40,757 nt of DNA from Thelocarpon superellum (lineage: Eukaryota). The notes under the pieces were generated by a model. The model did no database searches, had not been told where the DNA came from, and saw nothing but the letters and a program-made list of their open reading frames with translations. Where the stretch lies: assembly GCA_026025795.1 (NCBI GenBank), contig JAPEUG010000124.1, forward strand, positions 1 to 40,757, read 5' to 3'. Positions 1 through 10,452 of the stretch are shown here, in pieces (the stretch's first letter is position 1; every line of letters begins with the position of its first letter). A program made the position numbers and the translations under genes.

Positions 1-1702
1 GGCGCTGCTTTAACGCGCCGGAGGAGCTATCACACACGCCGAAGGAGGCTGAGCCGCGTCACGCAACACGACCCCACGACACCGGTACGACCTCCCAAAT
101 TGACACATAAAACCTCCCTTTGCACATCTGCCCTTGCAATCTGCTTCACTGTCATCAGTGTTGTCCACCACGCTGCGAAGCCCGCGTAAAAGTATCCTTC
201 GTAAGAATAGAAGAAGATAACATCGCTGGGCGTCACGGGCTCGACGCGTGGCGGACCGGCGGCGTCCCATACGAGCTTTGGCCTGAGGCCAGTCCCTCAT
301 GTGCTACGCGGCGGCGGTCGGCGTAATGCCGACGCCGTCGCGCATTATGTAATCTAAGCCCCATGTGCTTGCTAACCGATTGCTACACCTAATTGGCGGT
401 TCAGTCTTCCTCCACACCATGGCGGACCATTGACCGGTCCCATTGGACATGTGGCCCGTACAATCCGCCATCTCCACGGTGCTTCCCATGCTGCGGTTAC
501 GTGGTTTGCTTGCGTGGAAGGTTCGAGAGGTAGCGATAGTCGTGTTGGATGATTGCCAAGAGCTCAGCCCTGCTTAGCTAAGGCCGCTTCGTCGGCCAGT
601 CGAGCCGGCGCTAGGCCAAGCCTCCTCAAGTACAAGCATGTCGACCGGCACACGACGCCGCTGTTGGCACCGCCTGGCATCGTGATTTGCTGCGTGCGTG
701 TCAGCAAGATGGATGAAGGGAAGGTCGGAGCACGACTTAGAGGGGCTACTGGTGCCGGGGCCAATGCAGCCCTGTTCGACCCGCTTCCAGGACGATCTAT
801 GGGCTCTCGTCGCACCGCGACCGCGACCCTCTCTACTCATCCTGGTATGCGGGCGGTGTTGCATGCATGAGATGCAAGCCATTCTCCTGGCCCCCATGAG
901 TCACAGCTGGGCAGGCGTTTCCTGTGTACCGACTGGTCGATTTCCGGTGATTCGGTTGGCCAGGTCGGAGCACTGGGGAGGATGCATGCTGTATGTGTAC
1001 GGCACGGGACGAACGTCGTCACGCCGCTCTACTGGTCTGGCACTTTCCTTCTCTGCGCGTGTGGACGCGAACGTGAGCGCGTTGAGGGGAGCCAAGGCCA
1101 GGTAGAGGAAGAGATTCCGATCACGTAAATCACACGTTTCGGTCGGTAGCCGTCAGCCACACGAGACGCCACATTGCTTCGCCCCTTGCATTTGGCGGTG
1201 TGATTTCCAGATGGAGAATGGGGCAACATTTCCTGAGGGGACCACGTTGATGAGATTACACACATCCTTCCACGTGCCAATCATGCATGCCTACATTACC
1301 CATCTCATACAGAACGGCATTATCAAGGCGCGAGCTAAAACCCGCGCGGCTTTGATATCGGTGGCAAAGGGGACTGCAATAAGTGCAGCATATTATGTAC
1401 GGGAGCTAGAGCCAATGTTTCTCTCATCCTCGTCCGGCCAAAAATGGACGATATGAACGCCTGGTCGCCCCCACCACCTTAGTTCCGAAGTCCCCCAGTT
1501 CCCTGATGGCCCACTTTTATTATCCGTCTATATGATGCATTGAAGTCGTTACGTCGATCGTGAAGTTGGTGCGGATGAATTGCAGATCCAGGCGCCTCGG
1601 GTGTGAAGTCGCTATCGCAATGAAGGAGAGTCGTGATGAAGCTGGAGTCGAAGGAATGTCGTGATCGGTCGACAGCGGTGAGAATGAAGGTGCCGCGGCG
1701 CG

Positions 1703-2584
1703 CTATTCTGTGCCGATGGTTTCGGAGCAGCTGCGGAAAAAAGCGGCGAGCGACTGCGGTTGAGACCAGCTCCGACATCGAGGAATGTCGCGCCAGGGGC
1801 CGGCCGTCATGCCGTCCCAGGTCTCGAAGTCGTAGGGAACGCTGATGCTCTTCGAGCCGAGATAGGCTTCATTCTGGCAGCCGCGTACGAACTCGCGGAA
1901 GGAACGGTCCATGTTCCACGAGGCGCAAGCCGGGCTTGGATTCCATCCTGAAGCTACCATCTGGTCGTAATCGCCCATGCCAAAGGCAACGGCGTCATTT
2001 TGCTCGCGTCTCCTCCGTGGCCTCCGCGAGATGCCGACGTGTGCGGCGCATGGCTTGAACCACGGACTTGTGTTGAGAGGATCGTACTCGGTGCAGATGT
2101 CATTTGCACCAGACGCCGACCCTGTGTCTCCATCCGATCCGAGCAGCCAGGAGCCAGACGTGGCCCCAAGGCTCCCTCGTCGCATTGGTTGTTGGGCTTC
2201 CGTCTCTGCGTCTGGCTCGGCGTGTGCAGGGGCGGGTACTGGGGCCGCGGCCGGGGCCGGGGCGGCTTCGCGCTTTTCGTCTCGTTTCTCTGGCGCATCC
2301 ATGTGGGTTGCTTGCTCGTCTCGCTTGGACAATTTGACGCCGCAGACATGGATGGGTCCGATGGGCATGCCGTTTTGGTCGGTGGGGATGTGATCCGGAC
2401 AGTTGAGGGTTCCGCCCGAGCTGCCTGTCACGCTGTCACCGCCGCCACCGAAGCTGTTGGCGAGGGCTCCAGCATCGCTTCGTGCCCAGATCGAGGGCGA
2501 GTTGCCCTGGTAGGGACGAGGGAGCGGCGCCGCCAACGCGAGGGCGACGGTGGCGACAATGACGGTACAGCTTGTGGTGTGCAT
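1703..2584 (-). CDS. Secreted Kex2-processed multi-module peptide precursor (KEP-like), 293 aa, unknown function
   Basis: ATG at 2584 (the ORF track starts at an upstream GTG). Signal peptide MHTTSCTVIVATVALALA|APLP. Dibasic sites: KR x3, RR and RRPRRRR. An EA-AP-AP-AA-AP-VP-AP dipeptide run follows a KR. Four Cys-pair modules. No intron needed. TATATA about 200 bp upstream. Confidence 0.8.
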   Translation of the reverse strand: MHTTSCTVIVATVALALAAPLPRPYQGNSPSIWARSDAGALANSFGGGGDSVTGSSGGTLNCPDHIPTDQNGMPIGPIHVCGVKLSKRDEQATHMDAPEKRDEKREAAPAPAAAPVPAPAHAEPDAETEAQQPMRRGSLGATSGSWLLGSDGDTGSASGANDICTEYDPLNTSPWFKPCAAHVGISRRPRRRREQNDAVAFGMGDYDQMVASGWNPSPACASWNMDRSFREFVRGCQNEAYLGSKSISVPYDFETWDGMTAGPWRDIPRCRSWSQPQSLAAFFRSCSETIGTE

Positions 2585-2778
2585 GACGGTCGTGGGTGAT
2601 GGCACAGACACCACGAGCTAGACTCGATACAATGAAGAAGCTCACCGCCAACTTCAGGAGGAGGGTGCTGTCACAGTGGTGATATACAGGCGAAGTATTG
2701 GTGGGCTGAGATGAAAAGATGACAGATGGTGGAGGATGGAGGGCAGCAATGTGAGCGCCACAGCGATCGGCGTCTGAA

Positions 2779-2784
2779 TATATA
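2779..2784 (-). promoter_or_regulatory. Putative TATA box of the peptide-precursor gene
   Basis: TATATA in a GC-rich context about 195 bp upstream of the ATG at 2584, followed on the - strand by a pyrimidine-rich leader. Confidence 0.45.
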
Positions 2785-3115
2785 TGAGCGCACGCGCTGG
2801 CGCAAGCGCGTCCATGCGCCCATCCCACTCTGGCCGAAGCGGGCGCCATCATGGAGGGGTGGGTGTGGGCGCCCTGGGCAACGAAGCGATTGGCATCTCA
2901 ACCGGCGTGAAAAAGTGCACCGGCCTGCGACGGAGGACCCAGTGGATCCGGATATGCCAGGCGAGGGAATAAAAAGTCTAATGGGGATTGCAGGACCTTT
3001 GGTCTGTCGTCACCGATCGAGTGCCGTCGGCGGCGCCGTCCCCGGCAGATGGGCCCTAGCCGTGGGATGGCTGGGCTGATAGCGGGCGTGGGAGGGCAGG
3101 GTCCTGGGACGCGGG

Positions 3116-3165
3116 CGGGAGCATGAGGGAGTCATGAGGGAGCGATGAGGGAGCGATGCGGGAGC
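3116..3165. repeat. Degenerate ~11-bp tandem repeat (GGGAGCGATGA-like, ~4 copies)
   Basis: gggagcatga gggagtcatga gggagcgatga gggagcgatgc gggagc read directly. Confidence 0.7.
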
Positions 3166-4950
3166 CACGACGTCCATCTTGGGTCCGAAGGGGGCAGGTC
3201 CGGCGGGCAGGAGCGCCTGACAAGAGAGCGGCCGCTGAGCAGGCAGGGCTGGCGGGGACTACGGACGCCGTGGACGAGCAGGGTGTGCAGATTCCGGCGG
3301 CCGGTCCTGGGAGCGAAGTGGCTCAGCAGGGCTCTCAGACGTGCGTTTGGTCCGGTGCTCCTGTGCGCCTGGGCTCTTCTGCTCCTCGACTGGAGCTGCC
3401 CGCGGGGGGGGGGCTCCAGCGTTGCCGATAATGACCGAGTGATTCTGTACTCGTCCTCGTGCTCGTCGGTGATGGGTGTGGATAGGCAAAGTCGGCTATC
3501 GACCTCGCATGATGTCGGTAATTGATCCTGGATCCAGGAACGAAGGCAACTGGCAGCAAGCGAGGCCCGACCTGGGCGCTACTACGCACTAACGGCGGAT
3601 ATTCGCGCAATTCCACCCTCTTGATCTGACAGGAAGCTGCTCGTGTCGCCAGCTCTCTTCTGGTATGTTTGCCACTGGCGTGCCCGGGGGCTCGGTCGGG
3701 TCGGCCAGCCACTCCATCTCAGATAGGTAACTACTAGGTCACGACGAGTCTGCGTCCTGTAGGCTCGGTCGGGTCTGGCGTCGTTGGGCTCGCCTGGGCT
3801 GGTCTGACCTGCTAGACTAGTCCCGTCGCCAGGCCAGCTTCTACTCGTGCATTGCCGTGCCCGCGTCCCAGGAGCTCCTTGAGCTCTCAGCGGACGTATG
3901 TTCCGTCGCCTGTGCCGGGGATGACTGGACCTACGTAATCCGAGCGCTCGCAAGAACGGTATGACCATGGAGCTATTTTGGGCTCGCGGGAACTCTGCCC
4001 ACTGACCATGTCCGGGCAACGTGCGGGTCTGGTGCCACAGAAAAGCCAAATTGCGGGCATTATGAAGACGAGCGGCGTTGTGAAAACCAGATCCACACCG
4101 TCATCGGATTGTTGGCATCGTGTCGCTGTGGATCTCACTTTTGCCACAGCATCGGACGACGATGCAAAACTCTGCGCAGATTCTTTCCCGCCACGCCCAT
4201 GCTCGTCTCGCCGGCTCGTCGCGCTCGCGCGGACGATTGGACCGCGGGAGGGGTCGGAGAGCATGTTTCTCCGATAGGCGAACGGGCTTCACGCCCAACC
4301 TTGCGGTCGGCTGGATAAAAATATCTCCGTTACAGCTGTCGTGAAGCACGTTCGTCCGCTTTGTCTCCGAGACGGCGGTTGGTTGCAACAGGGTGTGTGG
4401 CGAGCCGAACTTCTGTGGCTACCGTCATGCCCGCGGCGGTGAGGCAGGTGGTGGTGCGTGGGGGGGATGGTGACGTACGCACGGTTGCGATCCAGACGTC
4501 CGGACGCGCACCCAGGGTCATCACGGGGTGTGCGTGAGGAGGGGTGAAGGCGAACGTGCGCTTGCTTGAGCGATGCGTGGTGGGGCCATTGTTGGTCGGT
4601 CTTTTGACGCCTATCAACTGAAGTAGATTGATAGCGAAAGAAGCGAGCGAGCTTGACGCGCCCACCAGCCTGGGTGGGTGGGCACTGATACCGCGATAAC
4701 CCTCCCTTAAGCGTGGGATCGTCTTGAGCTGGCGTGCGATAGAATGGCGCCGGCGCTCGCAGTAGAAGGCGCGAAGAAGGGCGGTGGAAGGACGGAGAAC
4801 GCGTACAATGGCATCGCGACTGCGACCTGCGACCTGCAGCGTGAGTGCCGATACCAGCCACCAGGGCTTCCTTGGAAACGTTTCTGGAACTGCAGCCGCT
4901 GGAAGGTCGCACGCTCCGACCTTTACCCGCCCGTTACCGATGTTCTGCTA

Positions 4951-4985
4951 GCGAGCTGCGAGCTGCGAGCTGCGAGCTGTGAGCC
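4951..4985. repeat. 7-bp tandem repeat (GCGAGCT)x4 plus one degenerate copy
   Basis: gcgagct gcgagct gcgagct gcgagct gtgagcc read directly. Confidence 0.85.
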
Positions 4986-6181
4986 GGGTTGCAGCGCAAG
5001 ACACCGAGTCAGCATGACGTAGGACATGCTTGATCCAGCGAGCGAGCCGACGCACATGCTCGCAACGAGCAGTTTGGTTGCGACCTCATCCTGGTGGGAT
5101 GGCATGAGCACTCATCTGCGTGAGACCTGGGACCGCCTGCACTTCATGCGTCATCGGTATTATTCGATAGGGTAATAGCATTGGGACTGAAAGTCGATCT
5201 CGATCAAGCTGTCAAGGAGAGCAGAGCGAGGACTCCGTAAAGTGGAGCGGCCTTGCAGACCGGACTCGCGATAAGAGGAGATACGAGGTCTTTGGTGCGG
5301 CGCGGCTTCTACTTGACCAGGATGTCCTGGATGGCCGACGCGCGACGACTAGTCTAGTCTGTCTCTCAGGCAGCTATCGGTCGTAACGTTAGGGCTTGTA
5401 CGTCACGAGCATCGACAGCGAGCAGCAACGGGCGTAGCAACGGCCGCGAGGACCGCCGAGGTTCATACGCCGCCACTGCTAGAATGAGGGTGAACGGGTC
5501 TCTGTGATTCCTGGTCTCCAGACTCGTTTCGGGTCGGTGGCGTGTTGGGGGGCTCTGGCCTCTTGGAGCGGGTCCCTGCGTTTACTTGGCGCGATTTTGG
5601 CGTGGACTGTTGTTCGGGCCGCTTGTCTACAAGGATGAGGACAATAGGAAACGAGTAGGGCGACGCGGTGGTGCAACGCGTGCTGAAACGCTGAGCGATC
5701 GGCCACGCCGTTTTTCGCCCGTCACAGTGCGCCCGGTCTCACGCGTCGATAGGCCGTCAATCACCACGCCTGTTAGGCGCCTGTCGGACGCCTAGGGACG
5801 TTGTTTCTCGGCGGAGAGGCCGCTTGACGACGTCTGGCAACTGTTGATGCTGGTGCAGCCTCCTTTTGCTCCCACAGTTTGTCGGTGTCACCTCTCGGTG
5901 CGGCCTCCATTCGCTGCGCCGTCCAGCGACATTATCTATGACTGTTGAATGGGTGTTGTAGTATTCACATCTGCATTCATCACGGCTTCTCCAGCTATCC
6001 CGCGACTACTTAAGTGATGGGAGTCGCATCCTGACGCGTTCGATCTGTTCTGTCTTTCTCAGCTTCGTGTTCGAGTTTTCTATTGCGTCGTAGGGTATCT
6101 CGCTCGACGATTTCCTTCAGAGTCGTTCCTTTGACATCCATCCTCTGCTTCCCGGCTGCCTGGCGCAGTCGCCGCACGAGA

Positions 6182-6895
6182 ATGGCGCACGCTTCTTCCA
6201 ACATGATCTGTACGATCCTTCTCGTTTGCCTGGCCTTTGCCACTCACTCGACGTCGGCGCTGAGCGTCCGTCGTCAAACCACCGCTGGCACCACCTCGCC
6301 AAGCCTGGACATCACCGAAGCACAAGTCCTCCAAGTCTCCCCCGCGGCAAACACCTGCACCGGCGCCCCCTACGCCGACGAATGTGCCACGGCGGCACAA
6401 GCGGCCCCATACATCACGGCCGGCTTCCAGACCTACAGCATCACGACGTCTGGCGAGGCTGCAGCGCTACTGAGCCTGATGGCCTTTGAGAGCGGCGACT
6501 TCAAATACGACAAGAACCATTTCCCTGCGCCGGGCCGGCCGGGCCAGGGCACGCGCAACATGCAGTCCGCGGCCTTCAACAAGGAATACGCGGCGTCGAT
6601 CCCGAGTCTCGCCTCTCAATTCTCGTCTCTCGCTTCCCAGGGCGATGATGATACCACCGAGAACGCTATTCGTCAGCTCGTCCTCGCCGACCAGTACGAC
6701 TTTGCCTCGGCCGCCTGGTTCCTCACCTCTCAGTGCTCGTCGGCCGTGCGCTCTGCTCTGCAGGGTAGTAGTGGCAGCGAAGGCGTCGCTCTGCAGGCGT
6801 GGCAAGATTACATCTCGTCTTGCGTTGGCACGAGCCCGACGTCTGATCGGCAGGCGTACTGGGAGAAGGCTGTTACGGCCCTGAGCTCGGCCTAG
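6182..6895 (+). CDS. Secreted protein with GH19/lysozyme-like motifs, 237 aa
   Basis: ATG at 6182 (alternative Met at 6203). Hydrophobic signal ICTILLVCLAFATHSTSA, then a propeptide ending RR. Motifs FQTYSITTSGEAAALLSLMAFESGDFKY, GQGTRNMQ, FASAAWFL and DRQAYWEKAVTAL. Four Cys in the mature part. Strong GC3 codon bias. Confidence 0.85.
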   Translation: MAHASSNMICTILLVCLAFATHSTSALSVRRQTTAGTTSPSLDITEAQVLQVSPAANTCTGAPYADECATAAQAAPYITAGFQTYSITTSGEAAALLSLMAFESGDFKYDKNHFPAPGRPGQGTRNMQSAAFNKEYAASIPSLASQFSSLASQGDDDTTENAIRQLVLADQYDFASAAWFLTSQCSSAVRSALQGSSGSEGVALQAWQDYISSCVGTSPTSDRQAYWEKAVTALSSA

Positions 6896-7122
6896 GAGTG
6901 GAGGAGAGGGGAGGGGAGGGGAGGGGGGTGATGTGATGAACAAGACCAGTCCACGTGTCCAGCTGGAAGAATCTAGGTTAGAAATGGAGCAGTCATTACC
7001 TCTGAAGAACTCTTTTCTCTCTACTGTAATGTGTCCCTAGCGTCATAATGTCTGCCAAGAAGCTGACGACAGCTCTGCATGCCATAACCTACGACAGATG
7101 GAGAGATGTACAAGGACGAAAG

Positions 7123-10100
7123 TCACACATCCTTTTCCTTCTCCTTATCAGACATACTGCCCTGTCTCACGCTCCCTCTTCTTGCAGACCGACTGACCAC
7201 CACGCCGGGGAAGATGCGCGGCTCGGTGCCGCTTATATGTGCATGTCCTAGTTCTGTGGGCGCATGCGGGTTTGCATTCGCATGAGGTATCGTTGCCGGA
7301 GCGCTTGTGGCCGTGCTGCCCGGGGCGTTGGCGTGCGCTGATGTTGAAGCGGAGGGGGGAGTCGAAGCCGAGGCGGAGACGGAGGTGGGAATGGACGAAG
7401 GCATTGGAGGCACGGTCGGGGGCGGCGCCCTGCCTGTGGCATGAGGTGTGCGCAGGGCGTGATGAGTGATGGTGGAGAGTGGGCCGTCGGCTGGTTTTGC
7501 CTCTCCGCCGATTGTGGGTGCCGTGGCTGTCGAGGCTGATGGTGCGGCCTGGTTCTCCGCTTGGTTGGTATATCGTGCGATCCTATCACCACTCATCAGA
7601 GACGCGCTCAAGCGAGGAATGTGACGCTGCACGTAGCGTACATCGATAGCTCCTGCAACAGCGTCTCATGACGAAACGCCTCGCGAATGTTCGGCACGTT
7701 GCTCTTGGCCATGGTGTTGCCCGACACGCCTGGAAGATGGTAGTCCGGCCCCAACCATCGCTGCTTGATGGCATGTTCGAAGCCGCTTTGCTGCACCGAG
7801 TTCTTGGCCAGTTCGCACATATCCACGGCGCTGAGCTTGTAGATCTGTGCCGCGACGGAGTATTCTTCGATGAGCGGCTCCTTGGTGAAGGCGAACTGTA
7901 GCGGGTCGTCCGTCGAGAGCGAGACGCTGAGGCCGCGTTTGAAGTAGGGTAGAAAGGGGTTGCGCTCGTAGGCGAGAAAGAGCGCATTGTTGCTCAGCGG
8001 AGACATGGCGATCCCAATTTGCTCGAGATAGAAGATGTATTGTAGTAGAGGCACCTTGCGGAGCAGCAGGCCGTGGCTGATGCTGTGGCAGCAGAGCACC
8101 GCTGCGGCCAAGTGATCCGTGTCGCCCGCCTCGCCGCAATGGGGACGGAGGAGAAAGGTGTTGAAGCCCCGCCGCCGCCGCCACACGTTCAACGAGGCGA
8201 GGTTGGAGAAGAGATAATAGATCCAATAGCTGTACGGTGGATTCTGTAGCGTGTTCCACGACTTTGGCAGGGGAAACTTTCGATAGAGGCGCCGCTCCAC
8301 CTTGCTCTCGTCATCCACGCTGTCGAATCCGATGACCCGCTGCAGGAAAATGTGGAGTTTGGCATGACTGGACGGGTCTTGCGTGACCTCAAACAGCGGC
8401 TGGAAGAGGTTGATGATGACTTGCTCAAAGTGGACCATCAAGCCCGTCGACTTGTACACGTCGAAGAGGCGGGGCACCTGGATGAGCCAGCGCACGTTGT
8501 GTGAGAAGAGCTTGTTGTCCACCACCCACGCCGCCAGCTTGTCCCACTCGTCCAGGGTGCGACCGTAGATGGAGATGCGCCACTCGACCATCTGATACTT
8601 GCTCGACTCCAGGTCCGAAATGACTTCCTTCGTGATCTCCGCGAGGTAGCGGCCGTTGATGAAGTTGTCCGTCTTGAGAAAGATGGTGCGCAGCCGCGAT
8701 TCGCCGATCGGATTGTACTTGAGGTTGAACTTGTCAAACCGATGGAACGAGTCCGTGTGCGCGTGCATGTCCAGCGTGTCGATGCTGAGGTCGTATGCCG
8801 TCAGGTTGATGCTCTCAAAGACTTCCTTGAGCGTGAGATGCTTCCCATCCCGGAACATCACCACCTCGTCTGGGCACTTCTTCATCTTGCTCTTGATGAA
8901 GCGCAGGAGATGCTTCTGATTCATGCACGCCGAATGATGCACGTGCGTGTCGACCTTGCGCACATTGTAGAAATCTCGGTGCGGCACACGCTTGCTATCG
9001 GCCATCTCTTGGTACTCGTTGAGAAGCACGTACAGGTTGAACTTGCCCTCAAGATATTGGAGCCGTCGAAACGCGAAGCTCTTGCTGGGTCCGTCGGACG
9101 ACACATTGAGCACCTGATCGAGATCCATGTAGAATTCGCGAATCGTCGGCACGTTGACAATGGGCGTGTCCTCGTCGGCCGCGTCCGCGTCTGCATACAC
9201 CTGGAAGACGCTGTTCTCGTCCAATCGGAAGGTCATCTTGTCCGTGCAAGGCATGGGCAGAAGATCCTCCATCTCAAAGTCCTCGCCGATGTTCTCCCCT
9301 TGCTTCCGCCGACGACTCGGCGTTCCCGGCACTGGCTCCCCAGAAGATGGGGGTGGGCGGCGAAATGCGACGAGTTTGTCCCCATCAAGCGACGGGTCGG
9401 CAGTACCAGCGTGATTTGCCACGCCCGTTGTGTCTTCTTGCCAGACAGGCTCGGGCGGTGGGGGGTAGATGTGCCACGATGGTTGATCCTTGGGATTGTC
9501 TGCCGGCCCCTGCAAAGACAGGCGGATGTACTTGTGTCGTACATCCAGGACCTTCTGGATGTTGGTGTAGATGGCACTCAGCTCCGAGTGAATGCTGGAG
9601 TCACTGTCGACAAAGCCTCCGCTTCCGTTCCCCAGTCCTACTCCGGCGCCGGCGCCATGAAGACCTTGTGTGGCCAGTAGCGGTGGCTTATATTCATGTG
9701 GGAGTCCTGGGTGCATCGCATGGCTCCTGGCGAGGGCATCGGCCTCGAGGAGTGCAGCATGGGCGGGCTTGGACCCGGTGTTGGATAGGCCCTCGGACGG
9801 CCTTGAAGGGGGGGAAGCGCTTCCATTCCGGAGCTCGTCACGTTCCTCGCGTGAGGGCAGGGTGACCGTATGCGTGTCATGGTCCTCCATCGATCCCCGT
9901 GTGGGGCGGGTATGACAGCTGTTCCCGGCCTGGCCCATGAGAACGGTGGGATCGCTGGAACAGTGAGAGAAGCCATGGGGCCGGCCCAGCGGGGCTCCAC
10001 CCTCCGCTCCGTCGCCAGGTGGATTCTGCGCCTCGATCTGGCTCTGCTGATAGAAGAGCTTGGCGTCGGCGTGGCTCATCTGTTTCTCGGCCGCGTAGTC

Positions 10101-10452
10101 ATAGTAGGCGGTTTTGCGTTGTCGGTCCCGAGCCAAGGGGACTTGGGCGCCGTCTCCTTCGTCGTGGTCCATCGCGTCGTGCACTGGTGTAGCATCTTCG
10201 TTGACGTCCTCCTGCGTCCCTGTGGCTTCGACGCGGTCACGCCACGAGCCCATGGAGGAGGCATCCCCGTCATGCAACGATGTGCCGTCATACTGCTCCC
10301 GATCGTCGTCTGACAGATACTCGGCGTGGTGAAGCCGAGAAGCGCTCAGATGGGACGGAAGAGGTGTGAGTTTCGGACTCAGAGCTGAAGAGCCTATGAT
10401 CCGGTTAGACACCGCAGGGACGCAGCTTGGGAAGTGATCTACCTGTGGCCAT
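7123..10452 (-). CDS. AMD1: AMP deaminase, ~1073 aa; exons 10452-10443, 10393-7642, 7582-7123
   Basis: Motifs [36 protein letters not shown] and the catalytic [10 protein letters not shown]. Intron 10394-10442 (GTAGAT..CTAAC..TAG) joins MAT|GSSALS. Intron 7583-7641 (GTACGC..CTGAT..TAG) joins ELSM|IARYT and brings in the 7123-7632 ORF as the last exon. Confidence 0.97.

Noticed and set aside
1703..2584. Alpha-factor-like mating pheromone precursor
   Set aside because: It has KR sites and X-A/X-P spacers but lacks multiple near-identical 9-13-aa mature repeats. The modules are 50-100 aa and divergent.
2620..6080. Many 60-207-aa ORFs in the long intergenic region
   Set aside because: Arg/Pro/Ser-rich, no motifs, no codon bias, and no consistent splice pattern linking them. 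No transposase or RT motifs seen.
7020..7125. Stop-codon readthrough of AMD1 (TGA-CT context) to a cryptic peroxisomal signal
   Set aside because: The context is TGA CTT rather than TGA CTA, and the extension ends ..DTLQ*, which is not a PTS1.
8742..9680. 312-aa + strand ORF and similar long overlapping ORFs (12035-12736, 14329-15366, 16514-17335, 21805-22659, 28827-29684, 31682-32377)
   Set aside because: Antisense or off-frame shadows of better-supported genes, expected in GC-rich coding DNA.
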